A stretch of 32,548 nt of DNA from an uncultured Lachnospiraceae bacterium (GCA_964586965.1 CAZPJU010000003.1:1-32548); one strand, 5' to 3'. Counted from the stretch's first letter, positions 1 through 9,687 are shown. Translations and numbers: made by a program. Notes: generated from the sequence alone by a model not told the origin.

Positions 1-511
1 GCTCGGTAAATGTCTCGAAATCCTTCGTGTACGAAACAAAAATGCGCTGTTTATGGTGTTCGTCGCCCTCAAGCTTGGTCATGGATGCCCAGAACACCAT
101 GATCGCATCTTTTTCCTCATCGTAAATACATTCGGGCGCCCAAACGCATCCGGCACCCGGAATTCCGACAGTGTACGAAGTCGGTTCTTCCCAATTTACA
201 AGATCGTTGCTTCGCCAAACGATTATATCTCTGCTGCCTTCATACTGAGCAACACCCCATCCCTTGCCATTGGCGATTCTCAAATCCGTCGCAATCAGAA
301 AAAATTTGAAGCCTCCGTCCTTATAAAAAGGATTGCGAATGATAAACGGGTCACGCACGCCCTTTTCTCCGATTTTCGACCAAAGCATCGGCTCGCCGCC
401 GTTCAAATCATTCCAATGCAACCCGTCTCGGCTGATCGAGAAGTATATCTGCTCTCCCGTAGGATGCTCTCCCGTAAAATGTACAAACAAGTAACCTTTG
501 AAATCGCTCAT
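1..511 (-). CDS. Glycoside hydrolase family 43 protein (arabinosidase/xylosidase-like five-bladed beta-propeller), truncated at the window edge
   Basis: Not in the ORF track. Manual translation from ATG at 511 (RBS GAAAGGTG at 522-529) gives MSDFKGYLFVHFTGEHPTGEQIYFSISRDGLHWNDLNGGEPML...GVRDPFIIR...FFLIATDL...IIVWRSNDLVNW...CVWAPECIYD...MVFWAS, open to position 1. RDP, S.DLVNW and WAPE are GH43 motifs. Confidence 0.88.
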   Translation of the reverse strand, partial: MSDFKGYLFVHFTGEHPTGEQIYFSISRDGLHWNDLNGGEPMLWSKIGEKGVRDPFIIRNPFYKDGGFKFFLIATDLRIANGKGWGVAQYEGSRDIIVWRSNDLVNWEEPTSYTVGIPGAGCVWAPECIYDEEKDAIMVFWASMTKLEGDEHHKQRIFVSYTKDFETFTE

Positions 512-546
512 TTCAGTTATTCACCTTTCGTTTTTGAAATTTAAGT

Positions 547-1026
547 TCAGTTAAGCTTTCCATCGCGCTCAAGCAAATCGAGAAGCGCTTCACAACCGGA
601 CTTTACGTCACGATATGTTACTTCAAAATTGCCCGTATACCAAGGGTCGGCAACATCTCCGCCCTTTCCGGTATAATCCATAAGCTTTCTGACTTTGCCG
701 TCCGGGTCTCCGCCGAGCATATAGCGCATATTTCTTATGTTAGAGCTGTCCATGCCGATAAAAAGATCGTATTTGTCATAATCGTCAAGCGTAAGCCTAA
801 CGGCACGTCTGTTCCCGCAAGCAACACCGTGTCGCTCAAGTTCCGCTCTTGCAGGCGGATAAACGGGATTGCCGATTCCGTTCGGAATTTCATCCGACGA
901 AGTCGCAGACGAAGCAATAACAAGTTTATCCGATATACCGCGTTTTTCCGCAAGATCGCGCAAAACGAATTCCGCCATCGGACTTCGACAAATATTTCCG
1001 AGGCAAACAAACATTATTCGTATCAT
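547..1026 (-). CDS. Low-molecular-weight protein-tyrosine phosphatase
   Basis: P-loop FVCLGNICRSPMAE and DPWY catalytic loop; 159 aa; AAAGGAAA upstream. Confidence 0.95.
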   Translation of the reverse strand: MIRIMFVCLGNICRSPMAEFVLRDLAEKRGISDKLVIASSATSSDEIPNGIGNPVYPPARAELERHGVACGNRRAVRLTLDDYDKYDLFIGMDSSNIRNMRYMLGGDPDGKVRKLMDYTGKGGDVADPWYTGNFEVTYRDVKSGCEALLDLLERDGKLN

Positions 1027-1090
1027 TTACAGTTTCCTTTTTCGTAATATTTCCACACGCAAATCGGACTTTGTCAAACCGTGCTTTTTA

Positions 1091-1119
1091 AGTATAACAC
1101 ATTTGCAAAGCCATATCAA
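1091..1119 (-). promoter_or_regulatory. Putative sigmaA promoter for the LMW-PTP/GH43 genes
   Basis: Minus strand TTGATA-17 nt-TATACT, with TGn extended -10. Confidence 0.6.
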
Positions 1120-1159
1120 CCGATATTTTGAGAAAAATCAAACAGGCAGGAGAAGTATG

Positions 1160-2332
1160 TTATTGCCCGCGCCAACGGAATAATCGCAGTATTCTTCTCT
1201 TTATTCTATCTGCCATAAATATTTTCGGTTGAGCAAATAAGCTTTCACATTCTTCAATACGCCCATCCCTTATTTTGTTCAATGCTTCTTCTCTTTTGGG
1301 ATTTGCCTTAGACGACTCCAACATTGAGGTATTCTGCCGGCTAGCCTGTTCAAGCAAGACCTCTTTGAATTTGATTTTGTCACTTATCTCATTCCAAAGA
1401 GCCTGCCCTTTTGGAGATTGTATCAACACAACAGAAGTTCCGTTGCCGTCGTCCATCTCCGAATCTATATTCCAAATCCCCCAAAAGTCTCCCAATGTCA
1501 TATCGCTAATTCGGCTATAACCTTTGAACTTGCAATTTTCGCAGGATGGTCTTGAAATATAATTTCCAACAAAAAGTTTCATAAACAAGCTGTCAGAACT
1601 TAATATACTATGCCGCTTTCCGTTTTCATATTCAAAAACATTTGAATATTGATAATGACTCCAACCGGTATTTTTAGAACGTAAATTAATAGCTTTAGGC
1701 AGTTCGCCGTCGGCATCTCGTTTGGCTCTGTATTCAATGTATGCATTCCATGCCATTGGAGATGGGACACCGTGGCAAACAAAATCAACACAGTACAAGT
1801 TGTCATATTCTTTTTTCACAAACGACTTCAATCCCGCCACTTGACAGGGAGTACCAGAAAACAATACATACTGTCCTCGTTTCAGTTTTTCTAAAATCTC
1901 ATCAAATAAGTTTCCAAGATCGCTTTCCGCATATTTCGCGCCACGAAATTTTCGCAGATCGGCTATATTATCCGCACAACAATGATAAACCGAAAAATCG
2001 TCATCATACGTCGCGCCATACACAACGCCGTTTCGTGCAATGATTCTTTTGGCGATTTCGAAAAAAATGCCTCCGGATGAACTTTCCAAACGATTTGCAT
2101 AATCAAGAGAAATAGCTGAATATACTTTAGGTCGAACATTTAAAATTATATCGTTTTGTGTTATCGGACACACTTGTTCACAAGCTCCGCATTCCAAACA
2201 TAATGCCGCATCAATAATTTTCGGATATTTAAAGCCATTTTTATCCCCACTCATTTCTATGCAATTTGTCGGGCATACACTCGCGCAGGCTGTGCAACCC
2301 GTGCAATCTCGTACATTTGCAAATTTCGGCAT
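1160..2332 (-). CDS. Coenzyme F420 hydrogenase/dehydrogenase beta-subunit (FrhB/FdhB)-like Fe-S protein with N-terminal 2x[4Fe-4S] ferredoxin domain, polysaccharide-locus type
   Basis: CTGCTACASVCP and CLECGACEQVCP ferredoxin motifs; SSSGG, GTPCQ, CHGVPS, RPSCENC and GDFWG motifs; GGAGGG RBS. Confidence 0.9.
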   Translation of the reverse strand: MPKFANVRDCTGCTACASVCPTNCIEMSGDKNGFKYPKIIDAALCLECGACEQVCPITQNDIILNVRPKVYSAISLDYANRLESSSGGIFFEIAKRIIARNGVVYGATYDDDFSVYHCCADNIADLRKFRGAKYAESDLGNLFDEILEKLKRGQYVLFSGTPCQVAGLKSFVKKEYDNLYCVDFVCHGVPSPMAWNAYIEYRAKRDADGELPKAINLRSKNTGWSHYQYSNVFEYENGKRHSILSSDSLFMKLFVGNYISRPSCENCKFKGYSRISDMTLGDFWGIWNIDSEMDDGNGTSVVLIQSPKGQALWNEISDKIKFKEVLLEQASRQNTSMLESSKANPKREEALNKIRDGRIEECESLFAQPKIFMADRIKRRILRLFRWRGQ

Positions 2333-2416
2333 TTAATCTTCCCTCCAGTGGCGGCAACGTTTTTATTACGCTTGCCTAACAATTCAATATGCTGTATCTG
2401 TTGCTCGTGCAATTCA

Positions 2417-3946
2417 TCACCTATCAAAAGAAATTATTTTCTTTAACGGATTGCGAATGATATCTTTTTCATAATCGTTCATTGCAAAACAATACATCAA
2501 AACAGCATAAACAATTGTGAAAACAATTACACCCACAAAAAAAGTCAACCAATTATCAATTGAAATAAAGCATTTCATCAGCACTCCCATCGCAATCATA
2601 AATATAGGGACAACTGCCATGTGCAAAATATTTCTCCAAAACAGAGGAATATCCAACCCCACCGCCTTGTAATAATAAATATTCATAATTACACCTTGCC
2701 CCAACAAATATGAAACGCAAGAACACATCGCCGCTCCGATAATTCCCATATAGGGCACAATCAAATATGTCGTAACAACATTCAGGATGGCAATCACCAA
2801 ATATATTATTGACCTGAATTGATGTTTGTTTTGAGCGGTAATTATACTTATTCCCGTATTTTGAATCAACGGGATTGCCAACGGGAACATGGTAAGAACA
2901 GCCACCCAAAATGCATCTAAATATTCGTCTCCTGCCCACAACCTAATAAATGATTGCCCAAACACGGTAAATCCCGACACAATCAGTGCAATAATAATAA
3001 ATTGAATTCTTCCCACTTTAACAAACAATTCAGTCCATTCTTTTTTGTTTGTATTTGTCAGAACCATTCCGGTAATTTTAGGTACAAGTACCCCCGAAAT
3101 AGATGTAGATAAATTCATTACAATATTGTTGAACGTACAACCGATATTATATATAGCAACAGCTACAGAGTTAGCTAACATTCCCAGAATAACTTTATCT
3201 GTGGCCCAAAAAAGCATATCTACAATAGAACCGATAAAAACAAATATAGAAAACCCCAACATTTCTTTTATCAAAGTTCCGGGCAATCTCGCCAGCACCG
3301 GTTTAATCCGCAATTTTTTTGAGCAGTACATAGCATTCAATGGTAACATTGCAAACTGAACTATCGTAGCGGCTACTGCCATTCCGACCGATGCATATCC
3401 CAAATATAATGCAATTAAGTTAGCCAGCGGTACCATTACTGTGCTTAACATATCTACCAGTTTTCTAAACACATACTTCTCGTGCGCCGTAACCATAGAA
3501 GATACAACACTGTTCGGAAATGACAACGCAGAATTAAATGTCATAATTAAGACAAGGGTTTTCATCTTATCTAACTCTTGTCCGGATAAACCGCGTTGAA
3601 AAATTTCATCAATATTAAATGCAATTATTGCTCCGCAAATCAATACCAGCACTGACAAGACGCAATATAACAACAAGAAAAAACCGTACGCTTTTTCTTC
3701 AGACGATTTATCGCCCTCCGCACGATACTTAGATATATATCTAACAATTGTACTTCCAAAACCAAAACTCAAAAGTGACAAATAGGATACCGCAGACGAT
3801 GACAATGAAAATAATCCATATTCTGCCTGACCCAACATTCGTAACATAATGGGGGTATATATAAACGGAATAACCGTTCCCAACCCCAAGTTTATGTAAG
3901 ACAGGATCACGCCTGACTTCAATTCGTTTTTTTGCACATTCATCAC
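2417..3946 (-). CDS. wzx: Oligosaccharide flippase (Wzx, MOP superfamily)
   Basis: 509 aa multi-pass hydrophobic protein; YTPIMLRMLGQAEYGL, TDKVILG and GIIGAA motifs; polysaccharide-cluster context. Start is GTG at 3946 or ATG at 3943. Confidence 0.92.
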   Translation of the reverse strand: MMNVQKNELKSGVILSYINLGLGTVIPFIYTPIMLRMLGQAEYGLFSLSSSAVSYLSLLSFGFGSTIVRYISKYRAEGDKSSEEKAYGFFLLLYCVLSVLVLICGAIIAFNIDEIFQRGLSGQELDKMKTLVLIMTFNSALSFPNSVVSSMVTAHEKYVFRKLVDMLSTVMVPLANLIALYLGYASVGMAVAATIVQFAMLPLNAMYCSKKLRIKPVLARLPGTLIKEMLGFSIFVFIGSIVDMLFWATDKVILGMLANSVAVAIYNIGCTFNNIVMNLSTSISGVLVPKITGMVLTNTNKKEWTELFVKVGRIQFIIIALIVSGFTVFGQSFIRLWAGDEYLDAFWVAVLTMFPLAIPLIQNTGISIITAQNKHQFRSIIYLVIAILNVVTTYLIVPYMGIIGAAMCSCVSYLLGQGVIMNIYYYKAVGLDIPLFWRNILHMAVVPIFMIAMGVLMKCFISIDNWLTFFVGVIVFTIVYAVLMYCFAMNDYEKDIIRNPLKKIISFDR

Positions 3947-5103
3947 CTTTGCATCAATTCTTCCAAAGCGTACTTTCCCAAATATGCTTTGGAAATATAT
4001 TCCGGCATTATTTCTTTCAAATGCGTGCGGATTTCGTCCTCATGCTCCATAATCCACCTGAAATGAACAGCCAACTCATCAGGTGAGCGTAATGTTTGAA
4101 CAGGCAAAACATAGTTTTCTTCCGTTCCGAACAAATCATTAGCTATACCTCTGGATTTAACGGAATATCCAAGCACAAGAGTCGGAACACAACTGGAATA
4201 TGCCGCAATCGTAGCGTGAGTACGTGCTCCGATAAAAAATCTACAACGCGCAATATATCCTTTCAGTTCCATGCAATTATGGTCTTGAAGCAGCACTACT
4301 CTATTAGTACTTTTATACTCCTCAAACAATTGAGACAATATTGTCAAATCGTCATTTTCATCACACACAACGTGTGGAATCAAAGCAATTCCACATATTG
4401 TATTGTTGAGAATTTCTTCTATGAGCATTCTGTATGCTTTATATACAACATCGGAATTCTTACCGCTTTGCAGAATAAGAGGACTCGCGTTGATTCCCAC
4501 CATGTTGCCTTCAACCCAATTATCAGGCAACGGCAGCGTTACATACTGCAATGTAAATGCCGGATCTGCCACACAAACTGTATTGGGATTTATTTTTTTT
4601 AATGCCTCATACGATATTGATTCCCTCGCGGTAATCAGATCAAAAGATGCAATATCTTTAGATATCTCCGATTTTTTTAACACCTCCGGTTCTACGCTAC
4701 ATCCCCAAAGAACAGTTTTTGCCCCCCTTTTCCTCAAATCACGATTAATTGCTGCTAAAATTTCTGTGCCTAAATAGCAGTAGTTATCACCGCCAATAGA
4801 CAAGCAAACATCATCTTTAACGATATGCTTCAGAAAATTACTCCTCTGAAATTTAACATATAGATCAATTTTACCGGTCAGCTTTGTTTGAAATGCAGAT
4901 AATAGCCATCTGACGCTATTTCGTTTGATTATCATCGGAACATCATAATTCAAGTCACATAATTCCTGTATTCCATATTTCAAATCCGCATCAACGTTAT
5001 TTGAATATAACTTTGCCCTCTTATTTAACATTGCCGCAGTAGTTCTAACAATCGCTTCACATCCATGATTGCTACTGCCTGCGTGAAGATATAAATTAAT
5101 CAT
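3943..5103 (-). CDS. Polysaccharide pyruvyl transferase family protein
   Basis: N-terminal SNHGCEAI, SIGGDNY, ITARESISY, ADPAF, IGARTHATIAA and LGYSVKS motifs. Confidence 0.9.
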   Translation of the reverse strand: MINLYLHAGSSNHGCEAIVRTTAAMLNKRAKLYSNNVDADLKYGIQELCDLNYDVPMIIKRNSVRWLLSAFQTKLTGKIDLYVKFQRSNFLKHIVKDDVCLSIGGDNYCYLGTEILAAINRDLRKRGAKTVLWGCSVEPEVLKKSEISKDIASFDLITARESISYEALKKINPNTVCVADPAFTLQYVTLPLPDNWVEGNMVGINASPLILQSGKNSDVVYKAYRMLIEEILNNTICGIALIPHVVCDENDDLTILSQLFEEYKSTNRVVLLQDHNCMELKGYIARCRFFIGARTHATIAAYSSCVPTLVLGYSVKSRGIANDLFGTEENYVLPVQTLRSPDELAVHFRWIMEHEDEIRTHLKEIMPEYISKAYLGKYALEELMQR

Positions 5104-5115
5104 TAATATTTCCTT

Positions 5116-6003
5116 TTATATATTCTGAGCGTTCTTTTTTATCAAATTAATGCCTCTATGAATCAGAATCAACAATTTAATCATGATTGCCGGAACATCT
5201 ATACACTCGGCAATCGTCTTCACATCATATTTTTCAGACAACTCGCATGAAAAGTTATAATATATCTTAATTTTTTCTTTCAATGTTGCTTTAGTATAAA
5301 TCGCTTTCTCTTTTAACCAAAGCCCATACCCCCTGGGATTATCAATAAATAAAGAATTACTCGACATGGTTAATCCATCTTCTTGATATTCATAAACACA
5401 AATAATATCATTATAAAACCTCATTTTATATCCATCATGAGCCATTCTGTTATACACAACAGCTTCAGTCATAAATTTTTCATTCACATATTCAGGGTAT
5501 CTGTATTTTTTGTGAATATCAGTGTAAAATATAATCGCCCGTTCTCCGTCAATTTTAGTATAGCGTTCAAATAAAGTTCCATCATAATACTCAGAAGAAA
5601 ACAACGTATTCGGAGTACATAATTCGCTCGTTCCCAAATTTCCCGCTACCCCACAGAAAGAATTCTCCATAGGTAATATTCCTACCCAATTCAATATTTT
5701 TTCTATTGCGTCATCCGTTAAGTAATCATCAGAATCCACTATAAAAAACAATTCTCCTTGTGCCAAATCTAAAGCATAGTTAATAGCTCGGCATTTCCCA
5801 CCATTTTCTTTTTTGTAGTACCTAATGATAAATTCATTTTCTTCTTTCATCCATTTTTTAAACAACTCATTTGTGTTATCCTCAGAGCCATCATCTATAA
5901 CTAACCATTCAAAATCGTGAAATGTTTGTCTTTTTAAAGATTGATATAGGTTTTCTATAATATACGCTCTGTTAAACGTTGATGTAAAAACCGTAATTCG
6001 CAT
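5116..6003 (-). CDS. Glycosyltransferase family 2
   Basis: ITVFTSTFNRAY, VIDDGS, ENGGK and VDSDD (DXD) GT-A motifs. Confidence 0.93.
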   Translation of the reverse strand: MRITVFTSTFNRAYIIENLYQSLKRQTFHDFEWLVIDDGSEDNTNELFKKWMKEENEFIIRYYKKENGGKCRAINYALDLAQGELFFIVDSDDYLTDDAIEKILNWVGILPMENSFCGVAGNLGTSELCTPNTLFSSEYYDGTLFERYTKIDGERAIIFYTDIHKKYRYPEYVNEKFMTEAVVYNRMAHDGYKMRFYNDIICVYEYQEDGLTMSSNSLFIDNPRGYGLWLKEKAIYTKATLKEKIKIYYNFSCELSEKYDVKTIAECIDVPAIMIKLLILIHRGINLIKKNAQNI

Positions 6004-6061
6004 TATAATTCCTCAAATATCCGTATATTGATATTTAATCTACTTAAACAACAAATAATCA

Positions 6062-7042
6062 CTAACAACCAATTCCAAACATATTACGCACGAAACAAGT
6101 CAATCTAAAAAAGCTGCTTCCAAGTTTTAACCACATTTTATCTTTAGTGTTCAAATTATTTTTCTCTTGATTGTTAATTCCGTATGTAATAAATGTTTTT
6201 TCCAGCCATAACATAGCATCTTCTCTGTCTGAACTGCTCATGTGTTTCATCAGCATTTGCCCATGATACAGGCAAGTATACAGCAAATCCCTTTTTCCCG
6301 CAAAATTCAGTTCAGGAAAATATTTTTCCAAATAAACTTGCCTGCAAATTTTGGCTTCAACCGCATCTAATCTTCGGGGTGAATACGACACACCCATAAT
6401 GCTGTTATTTCTTTGCCAATAGTAATATCCTGTAACGTCAACAGAAACTACGCGATAAGCCTTTCCCAACACTTGATAAGTCCAGAAATCATCCTCGTTA
6501 CATTTGCCAACCGCAAATTCAATATCAGAAATCACATTTTTTCGATACAGCTTGTTCCATACAACCTGCTGTATTTTATTTTCTGTAATCAGTTCAAGCA
6601 ACGATTCTTTTGTATCAAACAACTCATATGCTCCGGAATCATTTGCCATACTACTCGCTTGCTTAAAATTTTCTCCGATTCTCCGAAACTTACAACACGC
6701 AATATCACTGTTCGTTGCTTTTATAGCATCCAGCAAAATTCTATATAAGTCTTCTTCAATCCAATCATCGCTGTCAACAAATGCAATATAATCGCCCGTC
6801 GCAATTTCCATACCTGCGTTTCTTGCATCTGACAGTCCGCCGTTTGATTTGTGTACAACCTTGATTCTCTTATCTTTTTCAGCCCACCAATCACATATTT
6901 GCGGACATTGATCCTGAGAACCGTCATCAACGAGTACGATCTCTAAATTATTGTATGTTTGTTTGACGATAGATTTTATACAGCGATCCAAGTATTTTTC
7001 CACGTTATATACAGGGACTATAATACTAACCAAGCCGTTCAT
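6062..7042 (-). CDS. Glycosyltransferase family 2 (EpsJ-like)
   Basis: SIIVPVYNVEKYL, VDDGS, NGGLSDARNAG, FVDSDD and VWNKLY motifs; AGGAG RBS. Confidence 0.94.
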   Translation of the reverse strand: MNGLVSIIVPVYNVEKYLDRCIKSIVKQTYNNLEIVLVDDGSQDQCPQICDWWAEKDKRIKVVHKSNGGLSDARNAGMEIATGDYIAFVDSDDWIEEDLYRILLDAIKATNSDIACCKFRRIGENFKQASSMANDSGAYELFDTKESLLELITENKIQQVVWNKLYRKNVISDIEFAVGKCNEDDFWTYQVLGKAYRVVSVDVTGYYYWQRNNSIMGVSYSPRRLDAVEAKICRQVYLEKYFPELNFAGKRDLLYTCLYHGQMLMKHMSSSDREDAMLWLEKTFITYGINNQEKNNLNTKDKMWLKLGSSFFRLTCFVRNMFGIGC

Positions 7043-7053
7043 CTAAGTCTCCT

Positions 7054-8073
7054 TTATTCTACACTATACTTTCTATCCAAACCTGTAACCTTAGCATATA
7101 TATCATGAATCAATTTATAGCTTGCGGGCCAAACAGATACCCATATAACTTTGATTTTTATGGATTTTTTTATATATGGTTTCAACAAAATCGAAAGCAA
7201 TCTTCTTCTCAATTCATTACGAATTTCATCTCGAAACGGTTTCACTAACTCTTTTTGATTGGTTATTGGCAAAATTGAAATTCCAATAAACTGTCTAACT
7301 AATCGTTCCTCAGCTACTCTGAAAACCTCCGGCATTTCCTCCGAATCTTTTAGAATCGTCTGCATTACTCTTACGGGATCTTTGAGTTTATGTTCGTTTA
7401 ATTTTGACGTAGCCGCTGATCCTTTACGCACCATATAATGATATGAGCAAAAATCTTCGTAAACCGATGAATCAGCAGCTTTGAAAAGCCGGTAATTCAT
7501 CAACAAATCTTCATAATTTTTTATATCAAGAGGCACGGATTCGCCGTGTAACAAGCTGTGGAACAAGCTTTTGTGAAACAGCTTGTTCCACAGGCCCGGC
7601 TCAATTCTTGAGCCCGACAACAGCTCTTTCAGCGCTGTTATCTTATCTTGCTTCGCAAGAAGTCCTGTGTTATAAAAATAATACACTCTACCGTCCGGAA
7701 AACACATTTGATATCCGCAATGCGATATATCCGCATTATATGCTATCGCATTATTTAATAATTTCTCGAACATTATCGATTCTACATAATCATCCCCGTC
7801 AACAAAGCCAATATATTCTCCCTTAGCAACAGCAATACCTGCCATTCGCGCAGATGAAACTCCGCCGTTTTCTTTGTGAATAACGACAATTCTGCTATCA
7901 TTTTGCGCAAAAGAATCTGCAATTGCCCCTGTATCATCTTTTGATCCGTCATCAACAACAATGATCTCAAGCGTTCGGTAAGTTTGATTAAGCAAACTAT
8001 CAAGGCATCTTTCAATGTATGGGGCTATGTTATAAGCGGGAACAATAATCGAAATTAACAAATCGCCCATCAT
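7054..8073 (-). CDS. Glycosyltransferase family 2
   Basis: SIIVPAYN, VDDGS, NGGVSSAR, FVDGDD, LWNKLF and YED motifs. Confidence 0.94.
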   Translation of the reverse strand: MMGDLLISIIVPAYNIAPYIERCLDSLLNQTYRTLEIIVVDDGSKDDTGAIADSFAQNDSRIVVIHKENGGVSSARMAGIAVAKGEYIGFVDGDDYVESIMFEKLLNNAIAYNADISHCGYQMCFPDGRVYYFYNTGLLAKQDKITALKELLSGSRIEPGLWNKLFHKSLFHSLLHGESVPLDIKNYEDLLMNYRLFKAADSSVYEDFCSYHYMVRKGSAATSKLNEHKLKDPVRVMQTILKDSEEMPEVFRVAEERLVRQFIGISILPITNQKELVKPFRDEIRNELRRRLLSILLKPYIKKSIKIKVIWVSVWPASYKLIHDIYAKVTGLDRKYSVE

Positions 8074-8612
8074 TCGATATATCCAATCTTGCCCTCAAGT
8101 TCTTCTTTTTGTCTCTTCTTGAGCTCCATCGGGACATTCTGACGCAATGTGTAGTCTTCGCCGTAACAAGGAGATAATTTCATACGAACACTTTCTTTTT
8201 CAAGATATTCATCCAATGTACACAGGAATTTGGCAGGTGATCCCGCAACTACCGAGTTGTCGGGAACATCATGTGTTACCGTACTGTTTGCACCGACAAT
8301 TACATTATTTCCTATCGTGACGCCCGGCAAAATCACTGATTCTGCTCCGACAAAAACATTATCTCCGATTGTAACTCTGCCTATCTTGGTGTAATTAAGA
8401 AAACGTTTAGTGCTTGCATCATGACATAAAACATGAACACGAGGAGCCAACGTTACGTTATTTCCGATTTCTATCAGCCAACAATGCGAAGGATCGAGAA
8501 TCACACCATTCAAACGACCGAAGTTTTCCCCCACAGTCATTCCCATTTTGATGAGTCTTTCTGTGGTATATTCTCCTCTGATTCTATATACAAATTCTTT
8601 TATCAAATTCAT
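8070..8612 (-). CDS. Hexapeptide-repeat (left-handed beta-helix) O-acetyltransferase
   Basis: IGDNVFVGAESVILPGVTIGNNVIVGANSTVTHDVPDNSVVAGSPAK; LCHD His motif. ATG at 8612 chosen for GGGGTG RBS spacing (ORF track begins at GTG 8624). Confidence 0.9.
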   Translation of the reverse strand: MNLIKEFVYRIRGEYTTERLIKMGMTVGENFGRLNGVILDPSHCWLIEIGNNVTLAPRVHVLCHDASTKRFLNYTKIGRVTIGDNVFVGAESVILPGVTIGNNVIVGANSTVTHDVPDNSVVAGSPAKFLCTLDEYLEKESVRMKLSPCYGEDYTLRQNVPMELKKRQKEELEGKIGYIE

Positions 8613-8645
8613 TTTCAGCCACACCCCATTTATATCTGTGAATAA

Positions 8646-9683
8646 TCAAATTAGTTTATCAACCTTTTTTGAATATAATTTAGCTGCACATCTCCAAATC
8701 GGTTCACAATATCGGAACAAAATGACCGGAATTCGAACTTTCCACTCTACATCTTCAATTGAACTCAGTTCCTTGAAGTATTTATTAATTACATCGTGAG
8801 TTTGTTCGACAAACTCAGGGTACAACGTCTCTTTACCTTTCCCCACAATATTCCACAATGCATTATGAGCCCAATACGCACATCTGCCATATAAATACAG
8901 TTTCAAATCATTGTCATGAATATTACTGTCCGAATCGGTTATAGACGAGAATTCTTCGGCAATATTAAGCCAAACTTTTGCAATTGTAATTTGCTTATCC
9001 AAGCTTTTCTTGTGAGTTAAGCTTTCCGGATTGTTTCTCCAATAATACAAAACTTTCGGTACAATCGCCATTTTGTCACACGCCTTAATATAATCCCAAT
9101 TAAACAAAAAATCTTCGGATGTAACCGCTTCTACCGCAAATAATTGTTGGATTTTTTCACGACAATATAATTTGTTCCATACCATACAATTAGTGTATGT
9201 ATAATTTCGAGTTGACGGCTCATTTGTTATGACACGCAAGCATTTCTCTACGCCGGTTACGACATGACTTTTTTCGTGAACCGATTCTCCGATATCGAAT
9301 TGAGCCGAGTAGTTATCCTGACGCGTAAATTCGCACGCAGCTATGTCCGCGCCTTCTTTCTCAATTGCATAATGCAATTCTTCATACATATTTTTCGAAA
9401 TCACATCATCAGAATCTACAAAACTAATGTACTTTCCCGTAGCACAAGCAAGACCTGCATTTCGAGCTGCCGGAAGTCCCCTGTTTTTCTGATGAATAAC
9501 CGTTATGCGATTATCCTTAGCTGCGTACCGATCACAAATTTCGCCGCAATTATCCGTTGATCCATCATCAACAAGAATAATCTCCAAATTAGCATAAGTA
9601 CCGGAGATAACACTATCCAAACATTCCCGCAAATACAGCTCAACATTGTAAACGGGAATAATCACAGAAATCAAATCGTTCAT
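8646..9683 (-). CDS. Glycosyltransferase family 2
   Basis: SVIIPVYNVELYL, VDDGSTD, NRGLPAARNAG, FVDSDD, VWNKLY and SED motifs. Confidence 0.94.
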   Translation of the reverse strand: MNDLISVIIPVYNVELYLRECLDSVISGTYANLEIILVDDGSTDNCGEICDRYAAKDNRITVIHQKNRGLPAARNAGLACATGKYISFVDSDDVISKNMYEELHYAIEKEGADIAACEFTRQDNYSAQFDIGESVHEKSHVVTGVEKCLRVITNEPSTRNYTYTNCMVWNKLYCREKIQQLFAVEAVTSEDFLFNWDYIKACDKMAIVPKVLYYWRNNPESLTHKKSLDKQITIAKVWLNIAEEFSSITDSDSNIHDNDLKLYLYGRCAYWAHNALWNIVGKGKETLYPEFVEQTHDVINKYFKELSSIEDVEWKVRIPVILFRYCEPIWRCAAKLYSKKVDKLI

Positions 9684-9687
9684 AATA

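Noticed and set aside
450-476. 12-bp direct repeat TGCTCTCCCGTA with 15-bp period
   Set aside because: It encodes TGEH/TGEQ within the GH43 N-terminus; only two copies, explained by the protein sequence.
53-544. 163-aa plus-strand ORF from the ORF track
   Set aside because: It is the antisense shadow of the minus-strand GH43 gene (1-511), which has an RBS and family motifs.
1142-1170. Possible terminator or attachment-site remnant (GGCAGGA resembles the tRNA 3' end) at the left edge of the cassette
   Set aside because: The match is only 7 bp and in inverted orientation. The hairpin is weak, with G-U pairs and a large loop, and no integrase is present.
1160-2332. FrhB-like protein as the missing redox partner of the Mrp-like arm, or as evidence of F420 metabolism
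   Set aside because: It lies about 18 kb away inside the AT-rich glycan cassette and is of the polysaccharide-locus type. The antiporter operon also lacks a NuoH-like docking subunit.
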